Assembly (NCBI GenBank): GCA_963778115.1
Contig: CAVZSV010000004.1
Coordinates: 864,001-928,000 of the forward strand
Direction: 5' to 3'
DNA from: an uncultured delta proteobacterium
GTDB lineage: Bacteria > Bdellovibrionota > FAC87 > UBA2466
Length of the DNA stretch: 64,000 bases
A program made the position numbers and the translations under genes. Positions 57,587-64,000 of this stretch are shown here, piece after piece; within the stretch, counting starts at the first letter, position 1, and the number at the start of each line of letters is the position of its first letter. Below the pieces are notes generated by a model that saw only the letters and a list, made by a program, of their open reading frames with translations, was not told the origin of the DNA and did not search any database.

Positions 57587-58210
57587 CTAAAATTGGAGTT
57601 CCATTAGTTTACAAGAGGCTGGCTTCTCCAATAAGGCGAAGGGCCTTTGGCCGTGATACTGAAACGACGGATAATCGACTTTAGCTACTTCAGTAAATTC
57701 GAGAGATTTAAGCATGGCCTGAGAGTGAACGCCGGTGGCCTCGGCCACTGCACTTTGAAAGTGAGCCGATCTCGCCACTCGAAACGACTGCTCGAGGAGT
57801 TCACGCGCCATCCCTTGGCGCCGAAATGCCGGAGCCACTCCTAGCATATAAAGATGAAAGACTTCGCCCGCGATGGGTTTGCCTCGTTTTTCGAAGTAGC
57901 GATGATCGAGCTCCTCTAAGAAAGCTACCAAAGGAAGCATCTTGGGATGAATCGGTTCCTGGGAATAACTAGGCGCGGACGCCAAATCCTCATTGATGCA
58001 AAAACCTAAGATACCGTGATGCTCGGTCGTAGCCACGATGGTGAGATTGTCACTGACGGCACGTTCGCAAACTTTTTTCGTATAAGCATAGTAGGCGTCT
58101 AGGCTTAACCCCAAACTGACGGCCATGGGCTCATCTAAAGGAAAGCTAGCCTGTACACAGCGTATGAGTGCTTCTTTCTGAGATGGAACTAACCGTTGAT
58201 ACCGAATCAT
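57587..58210 (-). CDS. GNAT N-acetyltransferase, arylalkylamine N-acetyltransferase-like
   Basis: SFPLDEPM...LG; LGVAPAFRRQGMA acetyl-CoA motif; AEATG..SQ. Confidence 0.85.
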   Translation of the reverse strand: MIRYQRLVPSQKEALIRCVQASFPLDEPMAVSLGLSLDAYYAYTKKVCERAVSDNLTIVATTEHHGILGFCINEDLASAPSYSQEPIHPKMLPLVAFLEELDHRYFEKRGKPIAGEVFHLYMLGVAPAFRRQGMARELLEQSFRVARSAHFQSAVAEATGVHSQAMLKSLEFTEVAKVDYPSFQYHGQRPFALLEKPASCKLMELQF

Positions 58211-58231
58211 AACCCCTCCCCTTTTTCGCTT

Positions 58232-59341
58232 TTAGTCTTCCCGTTTCGCTAAGTCGGCCACGAAAGCATTAATCATTTCCCGACTGACACCAGGCATGAC
58301 GATTAAATGCGAATTTTCTTTTTCCGTCGCCAGCTGCCACTTGCGGATAAGTCTATCGCTGGGCCTCCTGATGACGACAATATTGGAAAAGGGATTTGCC
58401 CAAGCTTGCCAATCGATTTTAAAAAGGCAGTCCAGAGCGTAGCTAGTATTTTCCATGCATACCTTAACCAGCTCGGAGAGCCCTTCTCTACCGTGACGCA
58501 TGACATTTTGCCAAAGGACTATCACTGAAAAGCCGTCTCGAGATCCTGAGAGTGTGGTATCTACCGACCCGATATATTCGACGTTGCGGCGGATCTTTTC
58601 CAAAAGGCTTTTGCGGGTGAGCACCATGCCACAGGGAATCGGCGAGCCAACGAACTTATGACCAGAGATAGCAAGACTGCTGATAGGAAGTTGAAAATCA
58701 AAAAGTGGCGAGTTGTTTTGAAAGGGCAGCATGCTGCCAAAGAGAGCCGCGTCACAGTGAATGTAAAATCTATCGATACCAAGATCTTTTAAAATGCCTA
58801 GAATCTTACTCACATTATCAATTGCGCCTTTCATCGTGGTGCCGATATTGGCGTTCACGATGACCGGATAGTGGCGAAGGGTACAGACCGTTTCCCTGAA
58901 ATTGTCGTAGTCCATCTCGCCGTTGGGAAGCGAGCGGATCATGGCCCCTCTTAGATTTAAAAGCCGGACGGCTTTGGGAACACTGTAATGAGTATCTTCT
59001 GAGTAGTAGACGATACCGTGAGGGTGGGCTTCACGTGCCAGGTAAAGCCCGTAGGTATTTCCTTCGGTCCCGCCATTGGTTACGTAGCCCCAGAACTCAC
59101 TCTCGTCCAAGTGTAAGAGTGATGCGAAAAAAGAGAGAACCTCTTTTTCCAGCTCACAGGTGTTCATTCCGTTATTTCCGATAAAGGGATCGCCGACGTT
59201 ATTAATCGCAAGGTCTAGAAATTTAGAAAGGCCACTATTATCGAGCAGCGCACTGTTGGGATAACCCAAGTAAGTTTGTTTTTTCTCAAGAAGTGTTTCG
59301 TATAGGTTTTCAAGGCGTAACTGGTCCTGCCGTTTAAGCAT
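58232..59341 (-). CDS. hdc: PLP-dependent histidine decarboxylase family protein (group II)
   Basis: LGYP, NNVGDPF, WGYVTNGGTEGN, HYSV.K, HCDAAL, SGHKF (PLP lysine), GSR. Confidence 0.85.
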   Translation of the reverse strand: MLKRQDQLRLENLYETLLEKKQTYLGYPNSALLDNSGLSKFLDLAINNVGDPFIGNNGMNTCELEKEVLSFFASLLHLDESEFWGYVTNGGTEGNTYGLYLAREAHPHGIVYYSEDTHYSVPKAVRLLNLRGAMIRSLPNGEMDYDNFRETVCTLRHYPVIVNANIGTTMKGAIDNVSKILGILKDLGIDRFYIHCDAALFGSMLPFQNNSPLFDFQLPISSLAISGHKFVGSPIPCGMVLTRKSLLEKIRRNVEYIGSVDTTLSGSRDGFSVIVLWQNVMRHGREGLSELVKVCMENTSYALDCLFKIDWQAWANPFSNIVVIRRPSDRLIRKWQLATEKENSHLIVMPGVSREMINAFVADLAKRED

Positions 59342-59478
59342 AAGTTTCCCCACTCCATTGGATGCCATCTTGTGATGATTCTTTTTTTTAAACATAAGTA
59401 AGATGAAGGCATCAGAAAAAAAACTCAAGTTCTGTTCTGTCAAACTATCGTCGATGAATTTTTAGGATCTTAAGAAGA

Positions 59479-59537
59479 CCACAGAAAGGTACGGCCTACC
59501 TTTCTGTAACACGAAGGTAGGCCGTACCTTTCTGTGG
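59479..59537. repeat. Second inverted dimer of the REP-like unit
   Basis: CCACAGAAAGGTACGGCCTACCTT...AAGGTAGGCCGTACCTTTCTGTGG. Confidence 0.85.
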
Positions 59538-59612
59538 GGTGGACATAGAGGGGAATCGTCCGCTATCATTAAGTGTTAGCTTCACTTTTACTGCACCCCC
59601 TCTTTCACTCTC

Positions 59613-61325
59613 ATGAGACGCATCCATCCATGGTTAAGCAAGGTTCTGTATTATATTTGCGGCCTTGCGGCAGTGAATATTCCGCTTTGCCTATTGGCGT
59701 ACGCTACGGCATCGCGTCTTACCTTTTTAACCATTGATCCTCAACGGTTGCATTTCTTCTGTGGAATGTCGGCTCTTGCTTTAACGCTACTCGCCATACT
59801 CTGTTTTTCAGCGGCTAGAGTCGTTCCTTATGTCACGCGCCATTCTCTCTACAAGCTCGAAAGTATTCCTGGAGAAAAAAGGGCGACTTCGCGCCTCTGG
59901 ATAACCCTTCAGATACTGCTAAGCGTCGCTATTTTTTCCCAAACCGTGCTCCATCGAAATGCCCCCCTCGACTGGGATGAACTTGATACGGCAACCCGCT
60001 TGGGGACTCCCTCAGTCTGTCCCATCGACGACAAAAACCCTTACCAGAATAGTGACCTAATAAGCCCTACGAAAAATACAAGAAATCATGCTCTGGCAAA
60101 CGTCGCTGTCGTGGCTGCCTATCGAATCTTTGGAGTGAGCGAAAAGATCGCAAGACTCCCCGCTCTAGTTTTTACCCTTTTGTTTCTCATCGCTATTTTT
60201 CTTTCCACTCGAGAGGTGGCACCCCCCGCCGCTATTGCCTTTCTTCTCGGACATCTAGCGCTTAACGGACTTTTTTTATGGTATGCCCACTCGCTGCGCG
60301 GATATATTTCAATGGAGCTATTCACTTTCTTGGCTCTGATGGAGCTTACCAAAAACCCCTCGAGGCGCGCCTCGCCGTGGCTTTACTGCTTATTCATCGC
60401 CTTTGCCTCGGTAACTCATACCTTTGGCGCACTTTTTTGTTTGCTCCTTTTTTCTACCCATCTTATTTGGACCGCTTGGTACGCGCCTAGCCTAAACGCT
60501 TCCGATCTGAACTTTCATCTAAAGCGCTTAGCAATCGCGATCCTTTGTGCCCCCTTTTTGCTATGGATACTTAGTAAGCAATTCCTATTTCTCAACCATA
60601 TTGGATATCTCAATACTGTGATACCCGTCGAAAAGGCAGAAGCTTTAGCTTCCGCATGGGGAATCACGCTGCCTTTCGGAACCTTCTTAGTAATTCTTGT
60701 TTTTATCGCGGCCTTCCTAGCCCACTGGATAAACCGCCGAGGAATTGATCTGATAGGGTTACACCTTATCTTTTCGTTGTTCGTTCTAACCCTCTTAATC
60801 ACTCTGCTTAAAGCGACCCTTTTCGAATCTAGATTTCTGTTGGCCTTTATTCCTCCCGCGGTTTTGTGGATAGCTACCGCCGCTTCTGAAATGTCTTTCA
60901 CTAAAGCCCGCATCACCCTGTGGAGTATTGCATTTGTCGTCTTTCTTTTGCTCCCCTGGCAGGGCCGCCGCGAGATCTATGAAAGTCGTACTCAGTTAAT
61001 GGGTGGCTATGGAAAGTTTATGACTCAAGTCGCCGCAAAAGTTCCCAGAACTGAAGCGGAATGCATCCGTTTTTCAGGAGAAGCCGATCAGGTGATGTTC
61101 TCACGAGGTTTGTATTATCCCGTCACGGGAAAAGATACCGCTTGCAGAGAATCCTTCCACGTTAGCTTTGCCAAGAGCTGGAAAGGGAAAGACTCTCCAA
61201 CGCTTCTCGAAGCAGGACGCTGGATGACTATAATCGACGATGGCGAGGGGCGAACGCTTTCACAGAAAATGACGGCGGGCGCTCCTTTAGCTTTCTCCGA
61301 ACCCAACGATTTAGATCGGAGATAG
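59613..61325 (+). CDS. GT-C (ArnT/PMT-like) membrane protein, paralog 1
   Basis: PLDWDE, RNH, ARLPAL, HSLRGY, HTFG and FESRF motifs. Confidence 0.75.
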   Translation: MRRIHPWLSKVLYYICGLAAVNIPLCLLAYATASRLTFLTIDPQRLHFFCGMSALALTLLAILCFSAARVVPYVTRHSLYKLESIPGEKRATSRLWITLQILLSVAIFSQTVLHRNAPLDWDELDTATRLGTPSVCPIDDKNPYQNSDLISPTKNTRNHALANVAVVAAYRIFGVSEKIARLPALVFTLLFLIAIFLSTREVAPPAAIAFLLGHLALNGLFLWYAHSLRGYISMELFTFLALMELTKNPSRRASPWLYCLFIAFASVTHTFGALFCLLLFSTHLIWTAWYAPSLNASDLNFHLKRLAIAILCAPFLLWILSKQFLFLNHIGYLNTVIPVEKAEALASAWGITLPFGTFLVILVFIAAFLAHWINRRGIDLIGLHLIFSLFVLTLLITLLKATLFESRFLLAFIPPAVLWIATAASEMSFTKARITLWSIAFVVFLLLPWQGRREIYESRTQLMGGYGKFMTQVAAKVPRTEAECIRFSGEADQVMFSRGLYYPVTGKDTACRESFHVSFAKSWKGKDSPTLLEAGRWMTIIDDGEGRTLSQKMTAGAPLAFSEPNDLDRR

Positions 61326-61330
61326 AGCAC

Positions 61331-63061
61331 ATGCAACCGAGTGGGCAAAAAAATAAGGACTCGCTTTGGAGATCACCCCGGCCGTGGCAGACGATCTGCC
61401 TCATTGGATTTTATCTATTTTCCACTTTAGGCATTCTTGCTTGCTTTGTGCTTCCCAGTCACATTTTTCAAGACCACTTTCCTCAATTTATACCCGCCGC
61501 AAAAACGGTCTCCTTAGTGTTGCTCGTGGCGTGCGGCTTGGCCGCCGCAAGTGCTCTTCTCTTACATCAAGCCTTAAATACGTTAAGACAAAAAGAGCCT
61601 CTTCGGCCAAAGATCAATTTCCAGCACCCTTACCAAAGCCACCTTTTCTTCTATCTCAATTTAATTTTAGCGGTGTTTTTATTTGCCAAAGTAGCTTTCC
61701 ACCTATCGACACCTCTTGATATCGATGAAAACATTCACGCTCTTAGTATCGCTCAGGGGAGAATCGCCCAAGAGCTTAACCCTATCAATACCGATCCCGC
61801 TTGGTACACCCAGAACCATGTCCTGCCCCAGATGCTTTCCATTCTGAGCACCAAGATTTTCGGGCTCAATAAGATAGCCTATCGACTCCCAGCTCTTTTG
61901 TTCACTTTTCTTATTCTATTAGCCATCTTCGGAATCGACCCTGAACTAGCTGCCTCTCCGGTTTCCTCCTTCTTGTTACTCCATCTTTCGCTGAATGAGA
62001 TGACGCATTGGTATCTTCACTCCGCACGCGGCTATGCGGGTATGATGCTGCTATCCCTTATCCCTCTTCTTATTGTGTGGAAATTCACCCGGTCGGGACG
62101 AGCGGGAAGCCGATCGCAACTTTGGCTCTATGGAATTTGCTTCCTCTTATCGGTCTTTACGCACATGTTTGGGGCCATCTTTAATGGGCTGCTTTTTCTT
62201 TCCTTACTGCTTTGGCTGGCCATTAACGGAAAGGCCCTGACTAGATCCGCTCGGCACTTTGGATTTAGCTTAGTCACTATCAGCCTCTCGCTACTGCCCG
62301 TCATCGCCTTCGTTCTGATGAACAATATGATTTTGCTGCAACGAATCGGGGATTTAGCGACCGGAAAGGTACCGCCCCTTCCTGAAAATCTCATGGGGGC
62401 CGCGGGCCTATCCTATTTTTGGGAAGGAAAACTTCTACTGCTATTTTTGGTTGCCATTGTCATTCATGGTTTCGTTAATGGAAGGCGCTTTCGCAACGAT
62501 CTTCTCTCCCTCTTCTTAGCCATGTCAGTCGGCTTTTTCTCTCTGTGCATCTTAGTTCTACAGATAAGGGTTTTTGAATCTCGTTTTATCTTAGGTTTTA
62601 TCGCTCCACTCGTCTTTTGGATCACCGAATCGATTCCCTACCTTCGTTCCCGCTGGGCGGCTTTGCTAGCCCTAGCCACAGTAACGCTAACGATCGTATT
62701 GTTGCCTTGGTTAAGTGCACCGGCCATTCAAAATACCCTTTCCATGAACGTCGCCGACTACGACTATTTCATTGGCATGGTTCGAAAGATTACCGCCCCC
62801 GTTGCCGACCACTGTTACTATTTTTCGGGCAAGCGCGATCTCGCCCTTTGGGCGAAAGACTTCTATTTTCATGACGCACTTAATGCCAAGGGCGAAGAAA
62901 AAAAGTGCCGCCTCTCCTATTACATTCACATCGATCCCGGCATGCGAGTCGATCCGGTTACTGGCCGTGAAATTCTGATGATTGACGGCGGTCCACCCCC
63001 GCATTCTCACGAAGTGCTAAAGAACCAAAGCGGTATGTCTCTCTATGAGGCCACGCGATGA
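61331..63061 (+). CDS. GT-C (ArnT/PMT-like) membrane protein, paralog 2
   Basis: PLDIDE, QNH, YRLPAL, HSARGY, HMFG and FESRF motifs. Confidence 0.75.
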   Translation: MQPSGQKNKDSLWRSPRPWQTICLIGFYLFSTLGILACFVLPSHIFQDHFPQFIPAAKTVSLVLLVACGLAAASALLLHQALNTLRQKEPLRPKINFQHPYQSHLFFYLNLILAVFLFAKVAFHLSTPLDIDENIHALSIAQGRIAQELNPINTDPAWYTQNHVLPQMLSILSTKIFGLNKIAYRLPALLFTFLILLAIFGIDPELAASPVSSFLLLHLSLNEMTHWYLHSARGYAGMMLLSLIPLLIVWKFTRSGRAGSRSQLWLYGICFLLSVFTHMFGAIFNGLLFLSLLLWLAINGKALTRSARHFGFSLVTISLSLLPVIAFVLMNNMILLQRIGDLATGKVPPLPENLMGAAGLSYFWEGKLLLLFLVAIVIHGFVNGRRFRNDLLSLFLAMSVGFFSLCILVLQIRVFESRFILGFIAPLVFWITESIPYLRSRWAALLALATVTLTIVLLPWLSAPAIQNTLSMNVADYDYFIGMVRKITAPVADHCYYFSGKRDLALWAKDFYFHDALNAKGEEKKCRLSYYIHIDPGMRVDPVTGREILMIDGGPPPHSHEVLKNQSGMSLYEATR

Positions 63062-64000
63062 CTTTCTCTTCGCGCATGACACTGTTGCTGAATAGCCTTT
63101 CCGCCCTAACCTTAGCCATCGCAGGAACTCTTTTCCTTAGTGGCTCAAGCCGAATCCTACTTAGGAAACTAGGGACCGTTGCCCCCACCTTCACGACTTT
63201 CCTCCCCCTGATGGTCTTTGTGCTAACGACGGCTGGAGTTCTTTGCTATCTATGGGGAAAGGTTTTTGCGGCCGAAGAAAATTCCACGATTGCACCATCT
63301 CCCATTCCCTTACGAATATCACCCGCCACCAAGGGAATAGTAATCCTTCAGATCCTTCTTTCGCTAGCCGTTATCACCCGAAGCCTTTTACAAATCCAAG
63401 TTCCTTTAGACTGGGATGAACACGAGCATGTGAGTCAGCTCGCCGGAGGCGATGCCTGGGCCTCCATGAATCCCTTTCGGGGTTCGGAAGTCCATTCCAT
63501 CGCGGCTATGGCTAGCTTTGTTAGCATGAAAATATTTGGTCCTTCGAAAGTAGCCGCACGAATTCCAGCCATCTTATTCTCGGTAGGGTTTTTGATTGTC
63601 CTGAACCTTCTGTTTCTACGCTATGCTTCACCGGTCGCTTCGATCTTTTGCCTAGCCACCCTCGCCGGAAATCTCATGGTCATCTATATGATGCACTCCA
63701 TGCGAGGGTATGCTCCCATGCTTTGCTTTAGTACCCTATCGCTTCTTTTTGTCCTAGATTTTATCGCAGGCAGAAAAATTCGTTTACCTGCCTTTGCGCT
63801 GGTAACGGGAATCGCAATCTTTTGTCATAGTTTCGCCGGGCTATTTACCGCCCTGCTTTTTACGGCTCTTCTTTTTTGGCTATACCAAAACAGGAAAAAG
63901 CTTCCGGCGGAAAGTCTTCGACTCGGAAATAAAATGCTAGCCGTGCAGTTCTTTTGGTTATTGGTATTCGCTTCGGTATCGGTTTTTGTCTTGTTGCATC
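63058..64000 (+). CDS. GT-C (ArnT/PMT-like) membrane protein, paralog 3 (runs off window)
   Basis: Manual translation from ATG 63058 (ATGA overlap): PLDWDEHEH, ARIPAI, HSMRGY, HSFAG. Confidence 0.75.
   Translation, partial: MTFSSRMTLLLNSLSALTLAIAGTLFLSGSSRILLRKLGTVAPTFTTFLPLMVFVLTTAGVLCYLWGKVFAAEENSTIAPSPIPLRISPATKGIVILQILLSLAVITRSLLQIQVPLDWDEHEHVSQLAGGDAWASMNPFRGSEVHSIAAMASFVSMKIFGPSKVAARIPAILFSVGFLIVLNLLFLRYASPVASIFCLATLAGNLMVIYMMHSMRGYAPMLCFSTLSLLFVLDFIAGRKIRLPAFALVTGIAIFCHSFAGLFTALLFTALLFWLYQNRKKLPAESLRLGNKMLAVQFFWLLVFASVSVFVLLH

Noticed and set aside
59342..59443. His-His codons upstream of hdc as an attenuator leader
   Set aside because: Only two His codons, in frame with hdc with no stop, and no terminator/antiterminator pair seen.

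Overview
Bacterial chromosomal window, probably from a Bdellovibrionota/deltaproteobacterial genome (inferred from a TIGR02147-like gene and many secreted hypothetical proteins). Bases 1-12.5 kb are housekeeping: fusA (partial), rpsG, rpsL, gltX, an HD hydrolase, marC, a frameshifted thiL, cca, meaB, LPS heptose genes and tRNA-Gln(CTG). Bases 12.5-33 kb are an accessory region of secreted or lipoprotein hypotheticals, several with sigma54-like promoters, plus an IS110 remnant with a structured leader and an HNH nuclease gene associated with palindromes. A 2601-aa FN3/DUF1554/NHL surface protein with a recent 792-bp duplication follows. The last 23 kb is a surface-glycosylation region (rfbAB, MBOAT, asnB-like, epimerases, GT2, five GT-C-type membrane proteins) with a histidine decarboxylase + GNAT pair inside it. 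Top observation: a split surface-protein gene (24543-25685) whose only in-frame TGA sits at the second Cys of a CxxCH heme motif (C-A-S-TGA-H) and is followed by a SECIS-like hairpin, making it a candidate CxxUH selenoprotein. All family calls are from motif recognition; no searches were run.
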